Part shown: positions 18,839-29,026 of the stretch, one piece after another | How positions within the stretch are numbered: position 1 is the first letter of the stretch | Layout of the letters: each line of letters starts with the position of its first letter | From: a virus | Length of the DNA stretch: 64,000 nucleotides | Virus record (IMG/VR): IMGVR_UViG_3300027833_000016 | Direction: 5' to 3' (one strand) | Translations under genes and position numbers: made by a program | Notes under the pieces: generated by a model | The model's database searches: none | What the model was told of the DNA's origin: nothing | The model's input: the letters and a program-made list of their open reading frames with translations, nothing else

Positions 18839-19075
18839 ATGCCATTATATGACTTTAGAAACATAGATACCGATGAGATTACCGAAGCAGTAATATCCAT
18901 TGCAAACTATGATCAATACCTCATCGATAACCCCCATCTAGTAAGGACGTTCACCAAGGCACCTAGTCTGGTGTCAGGTAGTAAGTCTGCTCTGAGTATG
19001 GCGGGGTCGGGACACCGTGAACTACTACAACGAATCAAAGACGGTTCGGGAGAAGGGAATACTATTAAGACATGA
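18839..19075 (+). CDS. FmdB-like small protein (Cys-less variant)
   Basis: MPLYDF N-terminus; directly upstream of phoH. Confidence 0.65.
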   Translation: MPLYDFRNIDTDEITEAVISIANYDQYLIDNPHLVRTFTKAPSLVSGSKSALSMAGSGHRELLQRIKDGSGEGNTIKT

Positions 19076-19809
19076 AACCAAAACTCGCGCATAAACCTAA
19101 GTTGCTACGCATAGATGATCTGCTTACCGTAGATCCAATGACAACAGGACAGGAAGAAGTATTCAAAGGATACAAGTCTGGAGATCACATTGTGATGTCT
19201 GGTAGTGCAGGAACAGGTAAGACGTTCACTGCTCTTTATCTGGCACTCGAAGAAGTGTTGGATAGAAGTAATCAATATTCACAGGTTGTTGTGTGTAGGT
19301 CAATCGTACCTACAAGAGAGATCGGATTCCTTCCGGGAACATTGGAAGAGAAGATGGATGCGTACACCGCACCCTACAAAACAATTTGTGCTGAGTTGTT
19401 TGATGACAGCGAAGCATACTCGAAACTTGCAGAGAATGGAAGTATAGAGTTTATTAGTACATCTCACATCCGTGGTACCACTATCAATGATGCGGTAATC
19501 GTGGTAGATGAAATGCAGAACTTGACATTCCATGAGTTAGATAGTATAATAACTCGTGTGGGTCAGAACTGTAAGATCATATTCTGTGGAGACTACTACC
19601 AGTCTGACTTCGTTAAAGACGGAGACAAGAATGGTATCATCCGTTTCATGGATATCCTTGAGATGATGAAAGGTTTCACAGTAGTAGAATTTACTTGGAA
19701 AGATATTGTACGTTCGGACTTCGTTCGTGACTATATAATGACTAAGGAAATGATTGGAGACAAACAAGATGCTCGTAGACCAAACGGCAAGAAATTTCTC
19801 AAGGGGTAA
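19072..19809 (+). CDS. phoH: PhoH-family ATPase
   Basis: GSAGTGKT, IGFLPG, RGTT, DEMQN, GDYYQSD and DIVRS motifs. Confidence 0.95.
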   Translation: MKPKLAHKPKLLRIDDLLTVDPMTTGQEEVFKGYKSGDHIVMSGSAGTGKTFTALYLALEEVLDRSNQYSQVVVCRSIVPTREIGFLPGTLEEKMDAYTAPYKTICAELFDDSEAYSKLAENGSIEFISTSHIRGTTINDAVIVVDEMQNLTFHELDSIITRVGQNCKIIFCGDYYQSDFVKDGDKNGIIRFMDILEMMKGFTVVEFTWKDIVRSDFVRDYIMTKEMIGDKQDARRPNGKKFLKG

Positions 19810-19811
19810 AT

Positions 19812-19991
19812 ATGCCAACTAAATTTAAAGAGAGTAGTGTGATTCGTGCGAAAGGATCTGGTAAGAAATCAGTTCAGCACTTCTACATGAAGGACACACC
19901 GACTCAAGTATTAGAAGAAGCACTTGAACGTGCAATACCTAAGATGAAGCAGAAGATCAACAATGAGTTGGTCAAGCGGAGTAATGCGTAA
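19812..19991 (+). CDS. Small hypothetical protein (59 aa)
   Basis: Hand-translated MPTKFKESS...ELVKRSNA; fills the gap with a TAATG overlap. Confidence 0.6.
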   Translation: MPTKFKESSVIRAKGSGKKSVQHFYMKDTPTQVLEEALERAIPKMKQKINNELVKRSNA

Positions 19992-20614
19992 TGCAATACC
20001 CTGCCTACGATCCTGATGGTAACGTTGTTCGTAATGCTGTTTATAGCGAGGAACTGATAAAGAGACGTTATAACGCTTGGCACACCTACGAGGAAGATCT
20101 TCTTAATCTAGGTTGGTGCGCACATGAGAAGATGGCAGAGGTAATGAATGCCCTACCAGATATCGAACAACGAACAGACAAAGCAGACTTAGCGTGTGGT
20201 ACTGGTCTTCTTGCCAAAGCATGGCGAAGACAAGACATGGTTGGATACGATCTTAGTTATAGGATGGTAGAATTATCAAGAGCAAGCGGAAGATATGCTC
20301 GTGTGTCCGAACTTAATATCAATAGAACACCTCTGCCAAAGAAGTACGACTTGATCACCGCGTGTGGTTTATTCGGAGTAGAGATGGCAACTGCTATATG
20401 TTTACCTAATATAGCGGCAAGTCTCAAAGACGATGGTATTCTTCTAACGACAATGCCACAACACCAAGGATACTATGACGAAGCAGGTTGGCAATTCCAA
20501 ACCTCTTTTGAACTAATAGACGAAACCGAAGAGTTCCAATCGTGGTTAGGCGAGAATAGCGGAACACCTAAATATCATAAGATACTAACATGGAGAAAAG
20601 TAAATGAGCAGTAA
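19991..20614 (+). CDS. Class I SAM methyltransferase
   Basis: DLACGTG, GYDLS..M and YDLI motifs. Confidence 0.85.
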   Translation: MQYPAYDPDGNVVRNAVYSEELIKRRYNAWHTYEEDLLNLGWCAHEKMAEVMNALPDIEQRTDKADLACGTGLLAKAWRRQDMVGYDLSYRMVELSRASGRYARVSELNINRTPLPKKYDLITACGLFGVEMATAICLPNIAASLKDDGILLTTMPQHQGYYDEAGWQFQTSFELIDETEEFQSWLGENSGTPKYHKILTWRKVNEQ

Positions 20615-21056
20615 ACAAAGAGAAGAGATTTTCGAAACCCTAAAGATAGACGAAGGAGTCAAGTATGAAATCTATGCCGATCACCTCGGTTACCCTACTT
20701 TCGGAGTCGGCCATCTCGTACTCGAATCGGATGCGGAAAGCGGAATGGAACTCGGAACACCTATTAGCGAAGAACGTGTTGCACAATGTTTCGATGCAGA
20801 CCTTGACCTATCCATCGCAGAATGTGTTGCTCTATACGGAGACGGGTTCAATGACTTCCCGGATACCGCACAGCAAGTACTGGTTAATATGATGTTCAAT
20901 ATGGGACGTACACGTCTTAGTAAGTTCAAGAACTTCCGTGCCGCATTAGAAGACCATGACTGGAAACGCGCAGGTGTCGAAGGACGAGATAGTCTGTGGT
21001 ATAAGCAAGTAACAAACCGTGCCGAACGATTAATGGTACGATTAGAATCAATCTAA
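20604..21056 (+). CDS. T4-type lysozyme (GH24) endolysin
   Basis: DEGVKYEIYADHLGYPTFGVGH; NMMFNMG; SLWYKQVTNRAER. Confidence 0.9.
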   Translation: MSSKQREEIFETLKIDEGVKYEIYADHLGYPTFGVGHLVLESDAESGMELGTPISEERVAQCFDADLDLSIAECVALYGDGFNDFPDTAQQVLVNMMFNMGRTRLSKFKNFRAALEDHDWKRAGVEGRDSLWYKQVTNRAERLMVRLESI

Positions 21057-21069
21057 AGGACACCCAATC

Positions 21070-21210
21070 ATGGCAAAGTACACACGCCACGATGATAGTA
21101 ATAAGAAACGTGATAAACATAAGAAGTTGTACCAATCAGGTGCAACTAAATTAAGGATCAAGGACGTAGACACTGAGCGTCCTAGATCCAAGAAACTATT
21201 GATGAGATAA
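21070..21210 (+). CDS. Small basic hypothetical protein (46 aa)
   Basis: AAGGA RBS; hand-translated MAKYTRHDDSNKKRDK... Confidence 0.55.
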   Translation: MAKYTRHDDSNKKRDKHKKLYQSGATKLRIKDVDTERPRSKKLLMR

Positions 21211-21211
21211 T

Positions 21212-22039
21212 ATGAAGAACGCGATATTCCAGTACATGGTAGTTAATGATAAAGTTGATGAACGTGGGATGATCAAGGACAGGAAGAGAGGTGAACTGTA
21301 TCTAGAAGTTGCAGAACATTCTCGGAGATCTTTCGAACAGTATGCCTTAACCATAGGTGCCGATCATCACTATGCTGATACACTGGAGTTCGTTAAATCA
21401 GATAACAGTACTGCATTGTTGTTTGAATGTTTACGCGTAATCTATGACCCTATGTTCGACCAGTACGACAAGGTATTGTTTGCTGATACTGATATCATGG
21501 TCAACACAAACGAGGACATCTTTGATCTCTGCGAAGAGGGAGAAGTCTTTGGTGTCCTAGAGAGTGACTATGTAACCTCCACTGGGGGTGGATATAACTC
21601 TTGGGACTATAAGAAGCAGAACTTTGCAGACTTCTCTGCCAAGTATCAATATCACGACATTCCTGTCGTGCCAGTATTCGCACCAAACAAACCATCCAAG
21701 ATCACCATCCTTAATACAGGCATGGTCATATGGACTAAGGAAGCACGTCTTCGTGCGCGTGAGTTATTCATGGACTGGGAAGAATGGTTCTTCGCACCAG
21801 AGGAAGCACAGTACCATATGTCTATTATGAACGACCAACCTTACATCTCAGGTCAGTTGATGCAACATGACTTTGATCTAGTAACCATTCCCCAGACGTG
21901 GAACGACTCCCCACACTATAACTCAGAGAAAGAATTCTTTGAGACTGCCAAGATGTGTCACTACACAGGTGGTGAGTGGAAGTTAGATATGCTACGTCAC
22001 ATCGAAGAAGGTCGATTCAGTCAGTACTACAAACAGTAA
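21212..22039 (+). CDS. GT-A glycosyltransferase (GT8-like)
   Basis: FADTD, NTGM, NDQ, WN and HY motifs. Confidence 0.75.
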   Translation: MKNAIFQYMVVNDKVDERGMIKDRKRGELYLEVAEHSRRSFEQYALTIGADHHYADTLEFVKSDNSTALLFECLRVIYDPMFDQYDKVLFADTDIMVNTNEDIFDLCEEGEVFGVLESDYVTSTGGGYNSWDYKKQNFADFSAKYQYHDIPVVPVFAPNKPSKITILNTGMVIWTKEARLRARELFMDWEEWFFAPEEAQYHMSIMNDQPYISGQLMQHDFDLVTIPQTWNDSPHYNSEKEFFETAKMCHYTGGEWKLDMLRHIEEGRFSQYYKQ

Positions 22040-22077
22040 TCTGGTCACGCTTAATTGAAATTAATTCTCGAAAACAC

Positions 22078-22106
22078 TTGACTTGAAAACAATAGTAGGG
22101 TATAAT
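22078..22106 (+). promoter_or_regulatory. Sigma70-like early promoter
   Basis: TTGACT-N17-TATAAT. Confidence 0.75.
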
Positions 22107-22135
22107 GGTTGTATAAATTGAGTTAAGAGAGAGAA

Positions 22136-22342
22136 ATGATTATGAATGAAGCACAAACTGTTGAGAAGATGATTGCCAAAATCAAAGCAACTGGCGGTTC
22201 TTCTGCCAACCACGAATCTGATGGTGGTGCCAACTATATGTTGGGTTACCTCAGTTCAATGATGGTATCACTTGCCACTAAGTACCCCGAAGTACTCAAA
22301 GAAGTTCACGACACTATTGATTGGTTGGAGGCAAACGCATAA
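22136..22342 (+). CDS. Early hypothetical protein
   Basis: GAGAGAG RBS after the promoter. Confidence 0.65.
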   Translation: MIMNEAQTVEKMIAKIKATGGSSANHESDGGANYMLGYLSSMMVSLATKYPEVLKEVHDTIDWLEANA

Positions 22343-22485
22343 TGGAACATACACCTAGATATGTTAGATTCAATGACGGAGTGGAGTTCATCTCAGAAGG
22401 TGAGTTCCATATTTTGGCAAAATGGTTCTGGGAGTTGAGAGATTACTACCCAGTTGGTTACAAGAAAAGAGAGAATTATGTATAA
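22342..22485 (+). CDS. Small hypothetical protein (47 aa)
   Basis: TAATG coupling; hand-translated MEHTPRYVRFND... Confidence 0.45.
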   Translation: MEHTPRYVRFNDGVEFISEGEFHILAKWFWELRDYYPVGYKKRENYV

Positions 22486-23059
22486 CGATGAGAAAATAAT
22501 ATTAACAGACATTGATGGCGTAGTCCTTAACTGGGCATACGCTTTCCATGTTTGGATGTCCGAACAAGGACAGGTGATTAAAAAAGAACACTGCTACGAC
22601 ATATCAGAGACATATGGTTTATCATATCCTGAAGGTAAGTTCCTAGTAAGAATGTTCAACGAGAGTGCTATGATGGGGTTCCTACCTCCTCTTAGAGACG
22701 CAATGCATTACATGAAGAAGTTGCACGAAGAGCATGGATATGTATTCCACGCGATCACTAGTCAGAGTAATCAACTCAATGCACAGAAGTTGAGGATTAT
22801 GAACCTAGAGAAGTTGTTCGGTGAGACCCTGTTCGAGAAGTTTATCATTCTTGGATGTGGTGATGACAAGGACGAAGCACTAGAACCTTACAGAGACTCT
22901 GGATATATCTGGGTAGAAGACAAGGTTAAGAATGCTGAGTTAGGTGTTGAGTTAGGACTAGACTCTATACTGATGGAACATAGTTTCAATATGCACCACG
23001 AGACTATCAAACTTGCCAAGAACTGGAAAGACATCTACGAATACATAACAGGTATCTAA
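22478..23059 (+). CDS. HAD-family phosphatase (T4 30.2-like / 5'(3')-deoxyribonucleotidase-like)
   Basis: ILTDIDGV, AITS and WVEDK motifs. Confidence 0.8.
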   Translation: MYNDEKIILTDIDGVVLNWAYAFHVWMSEQGQVIKKEHCYDISETYGLSYPEGKFLVRMFNESAMMGFLPPLRDAMHYMKKLHEEHGYVFHAITSQSNQLNAQKLRIMNLEKLFGETLFEKFIILGCGDDKDEALEPYRDSGYIWVEDKVKNAELGVELGLDSILMEHSFNMHHETIKLAKNWKDIYEYITGI

Positions 23060-23098
23060 AGCATATATACTCTCATAGACAACCCATGAGAATATAAT

Positions 23099-24532
23099 AT
23101 GAGATACGTTGGTTTTAGTGAAGACTTCCATGACTCTGCACTATCAATAATAGACAAAGGAGTGGTGACCTATGCGTCCCACTCCGAACGCTATTCCAAG
23201 AAGAAGAACGACAAGAAAATCCACGAAGATCTCTGGAAAGAGGTTCGATGGGATGACTCGCTTTCATTCTACGAAGGTGATAGAATATCACCCAGTGGTT
23301 TTATCCACAAAAGAAACACCTCCCATCACGGAAAAGCATTACAATCAATAAACTACCACAACCATCACAAGTCGCATTGTGCTATGGCATTCTACACACG
23401 TCCGTGGGAATCTACCAAAGATACCGTAATGGTTTCTATTGATGGAGTAGGAGAAGGTCAGTGTGCTACCATATACAACCACAAGTTTGAGTTACTACAC
23501 AAATGGGATAACCCTAAGTCTGTAGGATTAGTCTACACTACTGCCACAGATCTGTTGGGTTTACGTCCACTTGAAGATGAGTATGTTGTTATGGGACTAA
23601 GTTCCTATGGCACCGCACCCCCAGATATGGTAAAATACCTTATCGGTTGGTGGAACAGTATTCGAGACTTCCCAGAACATAAATCAGATGCCGAAGTCAT
23701 AAGACGTATGGACTGGAGAACTGCAATGAGAAACGAACTGACTAAGTTCCTTGCAGTCAATGGCAGAGAAGACTTTGCGGCAGGTATCCAAGAGTTTGCT
23801 AAGTATGGCATAATGACAGTAATGACACTCGCAAGACAGTGGGGATCCAAAGTTGTCTACGGTGGCGGTTGCGCACAGAATGTTGTTATCAATACATTAA
23901 TACACAAGATATTCGATGAGGTACATATTGCTATCTCACCCACAGATGCAGGATCGTCTCTGGGTTGTGCGGCATTGCAGTGGGCAGAGGAAACTGGAGG
24001 AGATCGATTAACTTGGTCACCATATTGTGGTTACAACATAATAAGAGAGGTTAACCCTCGTCTAGTAGTCGATCACCTGTTAGACGCTAAAGTATGCGGT
24101 CTGGCGAACGGTAAAGCAGAGTTTGGCCCAAGAGCGTTAGGTAATAGATCTTTGATAGCAGACGTGCGCTATGACGTAAAGGACACAGTAAACGATATAA
24201 AACGCAGACAGAAGTACCGTCCATTCGCCCCTGCTATCCTAGAGGAGTATGCAGATGAGTACTTCTCTGGCCCTATGAATGAATATATGCAATACACCTC
24301 GATTGCCAAACACGACTATGATTCAGTCACCCACGTTGATGGTACTGCTCGTGTGCAGATAGTCAAGAGGGATTGCAAGTCAGTCTTCCGTAAAGTCATC
24401 GAAGAATACTATGAGAGGACAGGAGTTCCTATGTTACTAAATACTAGTCTAAACATTCGTGGAAGACCGATGGTTAACGATGAACATGATGCACACCTAT
24501 GGGAACAGAAGTACGGAGTAAAGGTATTTTAA
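23099..24532 (+). CDS. Carbamoyltransferase (NodU/CmcH/TobZ family)
   Basis: HDS, HHKSH, DGVGE, MGLSSYG, EFGPRALGNRS, RPFAP, HVDGTARVQ and LNTSLN motifs. Confidence 0.92.
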   Translation: MRYVGFSEDFHDSALSIIDKGVVTYASHSERYSKKKNDKKIHEDLWKEVRWDDSLSFYEGDRISPSGFIHKRNTSHHGKALQSINYHNHHKSHCAMAFYTRPWESTKDTVMVSIDGVGEGQCATIYNHKFELLHKWDNPKSVGLVYTTATDLLGLRPLEDEYVVMGLSSYGTAPPDMVKYLIGWWNSIRDFPEHKSDAEVIRRMDWRTAMRNELTKFLAVNGREDFAAGIQEFAKYGIMTVMTLARQWGSKVVYGGGCAQNVVINTLIHKIFDEVHIAISPTDAGSSLGCAALQWAEETGGDRLTWSPYCGYNIIREVNPRLVVDHLLDAKVCGLANGKAEFGPRALGNRSLIADVRYDVKDTVNDIKRRQKYRPFAPAILEEYADEYFSGPMNEYMQYTSIAKHDYDSVTHVDGTARVQIVKRDCKSVFRKVIEEYYERTGVPMLLNTSLNIRGRPMVNDEHDAHLWEQKYGVKVF

Positions 24533-24533
24533 T

Positions 24534-25058
24534 ATGTTTGATTATATAAAGAAGTATAAGATTAAAGACTTTGACAGATTGCAAAACGAAGTGTTAATGG
24601 CAATCGAGATGATCAAAGCAGATAACGAAACCAAGTATGCCAAGATGAGTGCCTCTGATTATAAGGTAGATCTGAATGGTGGAGAGGAGTTGTATCGGAA
24701 ACAAGTTCACGAGATGGTGAATGAGTGCGTAGAAGATTATATGTCAGGGTGGAGATGCTCGGATTGGGAAATGCAGAACTGTTGGTTCGCAGAGTACCGT
24801 AACGGTGCAGACTTTGATTATCACACACACGAAGGATGTAATATGTCTGGTGTTATATCACTAGTACTAGACGAACCTCGTAATGGCACAAAACTAATGG
24901 GGTCGGATATCCAACCCTCGGAAGGAGAAGTCGTATTATTTCCCGGTATGTTACCACACAAGAGTCCGTATGTATATGAAGGTGAGAAGATCGTTATAGG
25001 ATTCAACTGGAACATGATGGGAAGTGACGTTCATTCAACAGGAATAAGGGAAGAATAA
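24534..25058 (+). CDS. 2OG-Fe(II) oxygenase-like protein
   Basis: HTH...SGV...LFPGMLPH...IGFN double-stranded beta-helix pattern. Confidence 0.75.
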   Translation: MFDYIKKYKIKDFDRLQNEVLMAIEMIKADNETKYAKMSASDYKVDLNGGEELYRKQVHEMVNECVEDYMSGWRCSDWEMQNCWFAEYRNGADFDYHTHEGCNMSGVISLVLDEPRNGTKLMGSDIQPSEGEVVLFPGMLPHKSPYVYEGEKIVIGFNWNMMGSDVHSTGIREE

Positions 25059-25059
25059 A

Positions 25060-25401
25060 ATGGCAGATAAGAAAGTATTAACAGTAGACTCGGACGGTTC
25101 GATGATGGGTGCAGACGTTGACGGTGATGGACATATCACTGAGACAGAACTCTCTATGCACCTAGAGTTTAAACGTAAGGAATTAGAAGACGCAGATGCA
25201 ATGCGTGATGCACAACGTAAGATGGCATGGTTTGCTCTCTACGGTATGTTGTTGTATCCGTTCGCAGTTGTGCTTGCATCTCTTGCAGGTTTGTCCGAAG
25301 CAACGAGTACATTAGGTTCAATGGCACCCACATACTTTGTATCAGTTGCCGCGATAGTTGCCGCATTCTATGCGAAGGAAGCAATGGGTACGAAGAAGTA
25401 A
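25060..25401 (+). CDS. Two-TM membrane protein with EF-hand-like loop (holin candidate)
   Basis: DVDGDGHITETE; QRKMAW followed by two hydrophobic helices. Confidence 0.55.
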   Translation: MADKKVLTVDSDGSMMGADVDGDGHITETELSMHLEFKRKELEDADAMRDAQRKMAWFALYGMLLYPFAVVLASLAGLSEATSTLGSMAPTYFVSVAAIVAAFYAKEAMGTKK

Positions 25402-25402
25402 G

Positions 25403-26269
25403 GTGGAGATTATATCATGGCGTGGTACTCCCGGAGTAGGTGATTTTATGTGGGCACTTAATTGTGCCCATAACCATGCCTATGAGACTGGCACAAAGGT
25501 CGAGTTAGAGTTTCATTGGGAACATGATGAGAGTCACAACCATCATTTCGAGGATCCAGAGACGATCATCGAACGGTGTGACTATCTGCATTCGTTCTAT
25601 AACAGACAAGATGATGTAACGATCAAGCACGTCTACGAAGCATACAGTCGCTACAGAGATTGGAAGTTCGGAGATGATGTAGTAGAAGAGGCAGATGGTA
25701 GTAAGCGTATTGCCGCGATCCAACGTAAGAACAAAGCAAGGTTCTGGTTTCAGAATGGTAGGTATGATGATAAGGAAGGATCTGACATACCATGTAATGA
25801 TTGGGGATTCAGACAAGATGCGTTCAGGGATATCGACAAACGTAAAGTAGTTATCTGGAGACCAACGTTTAATGCAGAAACTCCAAGAACATGGAAAAAA
25901 GAGTTGACAAACGATGAATGGGATGTTATAATAAGACAGTTGTCTGCGGCAGGATTATATGTAGTAGAGTTGACTTATAGGACACCAGTGAGAGAAGCAC
26001 TGTATCACATATCAACCTGTAGACAGATCGTATGCTATGATGGAATGTGGCATTACATTGCTCGTAACTTATATAGACCTATGTTAATTATAAGTAGAGA
26101 GGGTATCACTAAGTATCATACACCCCATGCCATTACAACAACCTATGATAAAGGTAGGAATATATGGTCATGGTTAGATGACATGAAAGACCTACTAGGT
26201 GCAAGTAAACATAAAGCAAGACACTTCGAAAAGAAAGATGAGAAATATTATTATGACAATGCCCGATGA
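25403..26269 (+). CDS. GT-B-like glycosyltransferase (GT9/heptosyltransferase-like)
   Basis: GVGDF near the N-terminus and CYDGMWHYIA near the C-terminus; GTG start inferred. Confidence 0.5.
   Translation: MEIISWRGTPGVGDFMWALNCAHNHAYETGTKVELEFHWEHDESHNHHFEDPETIIERCDYLHSFYNRQDDVTIKHVYEAYSRYRDWKFGDDVVEEADGSKRIAAIQRKNKARFWFQNGRYDDKEGSDIPCNDWGFRQDAFRDIDKRKVVIWRPTFNAETPRTWKKELTNDEWDVIIRQLSAAGLYVVELTYRTPVREALYHISTCRQIVCYDGMWHYIARNLYRPMLIISREGITKYHTPHAITTTYDKGRNIWSWLDDMKDLLGASKHKARHFEKKDEKYYYDNAR
25904..25932 (+). promoter_or_regulatory. Perfect sigma70 consensus promoter inside a CDS
   Basis: TTGACA-N17-TATAAT preceded by an A-tract. Confidence 0.6.
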
Positions 26270-26462
26270 AAGATACCAAGCACTAAAGCGTACCGCAGAG
26301 TTCTTGAAAGAGTTACAGACTCCTAGTGGTAAGTACAAGAGAGATGATATAAAAGAGATACGAAGAATGGCATCCTCTTGTCTACGTCATTACCCTTGGG
26401 ATATGTACTTAGAAGATTTAGCAGAGATAGCACCACACATACTGGAGAATAAAGATGGGTGA
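26253..26462 (+). CDS. BPSL0761-like small protein
   Basis: MTMPDERY.A...FL..L...A..CLRHYP motif. Confidence 0.65.
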   Translation: MTMPDERYQALKRTAEFLKELQTPSGKYKRDDIKEIRRMASSCLRHYPWDMYLEDLAEIAPHILENKDG

Positions 26463-27438
26463 CATAAAGATTGATAGAGCAGTAATCGAAGTTAACGGAG
26501 CGTGTAACTTTGACTGTACTATGTGTCCTCAAGATAAACGTGTCGGTGGTAGACATAAAGGATTCCTTGCAAAGATGAACCTTATGGAGTTCGAAGATAA
26601 CCTTCGGGACTGTAAGCAACATGGTATGCGAGTAGTCAACCTAGACGGATCAGGTGAAGCAACCCTTAACCGTAACCTCCCTATGTACATTGCATTAGTT
26701 AAGAAGTATGATTGTCAAGCAGTCATCTTCTCTAATGGTTTCAAGATGCATGGTCAGTTTATGAAAGACTGCGTGGATGCAGGTCTAGACTTCTTTAGGT
26801 TCTCATTCGTAGGATCTAACCCAGAGAAGTATCAAGAGTGGATGAACAACACGCGTGGATCATCCTACCATATTATCAAGAAGAACATCGAAGAGATGAT
26901 GGCATACGTCAAAGAGACAGGTAGTACCTGTGTGGTAGAGACATATCATCTAATCACAGACAATGCCAACATCGATGCAGAACTAGACGAGTACAAAGCA
27001 TTAGTAGAAGAACTTGGTTGTAAGACTGAGATCTGGAAGATGCACAACTGGTCTGGGGCATATGACATAGGAGATAACAAAAGAGAGGGTACAACTAAGA
27101 CTTGTGGAAGACCCTTCTCTCCAGATGTTGTAATCCGTGCAGGTGGTATTGACGGTGGCAGGGGTGCAGTTCATCCTTGTTGTCAGGTACTTGGACGAGA
27201 CGAAGAGGCAGTCATGGGTCATACCTCTCACAATACAATCGAAGAGATCATCCGTGGCCCAGAGTACTCTGCTTTGCGCGAGTCTCATCGAACTGGTGAG
27301 TATACAGATTATTGCGGAGATTGTGACTTTTTACTTGACGATCCCGAAACTTTAGTGTATACTAATAATAATAGAGCAACACAAAAAATGATCGGTACAG
27401 ATTTCAGTCTGGAAGATTATAGGAATGGTGGAGTATGA
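26455..27438 (+). CDS. Radical SAM protein with SPASM/twitch domain
   Basis: CNFDCTMC, GSGEA, CGRPF...PCC...CGDC. Confidence 0.88.
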   Translation: MGDIKIDRAVIEVNGACNFDCTMCPQDKRVGGRHKGFLAKMNLMEFEDNLRDCKQHGMRVVNLDGSGEATLNRNLPMYIALVKKYDCQAVIFSNGFKMHGQFMKDCVDAGLDFFRFSFVGSNPEKYQEWMNNTRGSSYHIIKKNIEEMMAYVKETGSTCVVETYHLITDNANIDAELDEYKALVEELGCKTEIWKMHNWSGAYDIGDNKREGTTKTCGRPFSPDVVIRAGGIDGGRGAVHPCCQVLGRDEEAVMGHTSHNTIEEIIRGPEYSALRESHRTGEYTDYCGDCDFLLDDPETLVYTNNNRATQKMIGTDFSLEDYRNGGV

Positions 27439-27665
27439 ATAAGATAAAGAAGTGGATCAAGGATGTATTCCTTGAGGTATACGTTCTGACTATCTGGTAC
27501 AAAGAGGTCAAAGACTTCGAGACCAAGATTACCAAGCGAGTATACAACATGAAGAAGATTAAGAAAGCAACTGCCAAACACGTCATTGGTATTAAGTCAG
27601 ATGGTAATATGTTAGAGATTAAGACAGTCGAACCCTTTGACTATCAAATTGAGAAGATACATTAA
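27435..27665 (+). CDS. Hypothetical protein
   Basis: ATGA-coupled ORF. Confidence 0.55.
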   Translation: MNKIKKWIKDVFLEVYVLTIWYKEVKDFETKITKRVYNMKKIKKATAKHVIGIKSDGNMLEIKTVEPFDYQIEKIH

Positions 27666-28457
27666 ATGAAACGACTGATCTATCAGGTATGTCTAGGCGA
27701 ACAATACAAGAGTAAACTCTACTCACATTGTATTCAGAGTGTTGCAGACTATTGCGAGAAGCATGACATAGAACACTATGTACTGCGCACCCCCAAGTTA
27801 AGAATCAAACCTGATCCTTTCTCTGGTAATCGAAGCACCGATTCGTATATGAAGCACGGTGGTTACCTTCCTATCTATGAGAAAGAGAATGCATTTGACG
27901 AACTAGACAACTACGATCAGATTGCTATTGTTGACAGTGATATCTATATCAGACCAGACGCACCGAACATCTTTGATGATATGTCTACAGAAGATGCATT
28001 TGGTTGTGTATTTGAGCGTGAAATGCCGTTGACTGATCAGTACAAGACTAAGATCTTGAACTACTCTCGTATGCAATACAAACCCATCCACGATACTGGT
28101 ATTGATTTCAAACCAAGTGCTAATGGTTATGAGTTTGCCAACATGGGTATGATCTTGTTGAACTGCCAGTTATTCAAACCCTATCTACAAGGGCAGACTG
28201 CAAAAGAGTTTCTGACTCGTATGGAGTTCAAGGACTTTGTTGATGGTCTTGCGGCATGGAAGTGGTCTACTGACCAGACGTTACTAAACTTCTTCCTAAA
28301 GAAATATAACGTGCCTGTGAAGCATATGGATCATGTATGGAATGGTCTGTATGGCGCAAACACAAAGGTTGATGAGTGTCACTTCATACACTTCTTCCTA
28401 AAGACATTACTGCCTGATCAGGGGGAGAATGTCGAAGAATTGATGAGAAAGATATGA
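27666..28457 (+). CDS. GT-A glycosyltransferase (GT8-like)
   Basis: IVDSDI, NMGM, DQTLLN, WN and FIHF motifs. Confidence 0.8.
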   Translation: MKRLIYQVCLGEQYKSKLYSHCIQSVADYCEKHDIEHYVLRTPKLRIKPDPFSGNRSTDSYMKHGGYLPIYEKENAFDELDNYDQIAIVDSDIYIRPDAPNIFDDMSTEDAFGCVFEREMPLTDQYKTKILNYSRMQYKPIHDTGIDFKPSANGYEFANMGMILLNCQLFKPYLQGQTAKEFLTRMEFKDFVDGLAAWKWSTDQTLLNFFLKKYNVPVKHMDHVWNGLYGANTKVDECHFIHFFLKTLLPDQGENVEELMRKI

Positions 28458-29026
28458 AGCAATGGCAGTATAAAGACTACGAAGAGTACGAAGCAGAACA
28501 GGTTGCCGCCAACGTTAGAAAGATAAAGTATGTTTGGATGAGAAAGCAGACTGCCGAAAGAATTCAATATAGGTATCCAGTTGCATCTAGTATATTATGT
28601 CATGGTGCAAGGAATGGTACTGAGATTGAATACTTTCGAGAATACTATGGACTAGATACAAAGATCATGGGCACGGACATATCACCTACTGCCGAAGATT
28701 TCAAAGATATGGTCACTTGGGATATGCAGGAACCCAACGAACATTGGATAGGTAAGTGGGAGATTGTATATTCGAATTCGTTTGATCATGCTATGTATCC
28801 AGAGAAGTGTGTTGAGACTTGGACTAACCAAGTGGCACCCGATGGTATATTGGCAGTGGAACTAATGACTGGTGGGAACAACCACTCAACTGCGATGGAT
28901 CCGTTAATGATAAGTAAGGATGAGTTCCTTGCAATGACAGAACCACATGGGTTTAAACTAGTCAGCGAATTCTTCGTTGACGCTAAGATAGGAAGCAGTC
29001 GCGTACTGCTATGTAAAAGAATATGA
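28454..29026 (+). CDS. SAM methyltransferase-like protein
   Basis: LCHGARNG, GTDIS, WDM and YSNSFDH motifs. Confidence 0.7.
   Translation: MKQWQYKDYEEYEAEQVAANVRKIKYVWMRKQTAERIQYRYPVASSILCHGARNGTEIEYFREYYGLDTKIMGTDISPTAEDFKDMVTWDMQEPNEHWIGKWEIVYSNSFDHAMYPEKCVETWTNQVAPDGILAVELMTGGNNHSTAMDPLMISKDEFLAMTEPHGFKLVSEFFVDAKIGSSRVLLCKRI

Noticed and set aside
23099-24532. Firm call of DNA cytosine carbamoylation
   Set aside because: No linked dCMP hydroxymethylase in the window, and restriction-site avoidance argues against global cytosine protection; kept only as an alternative
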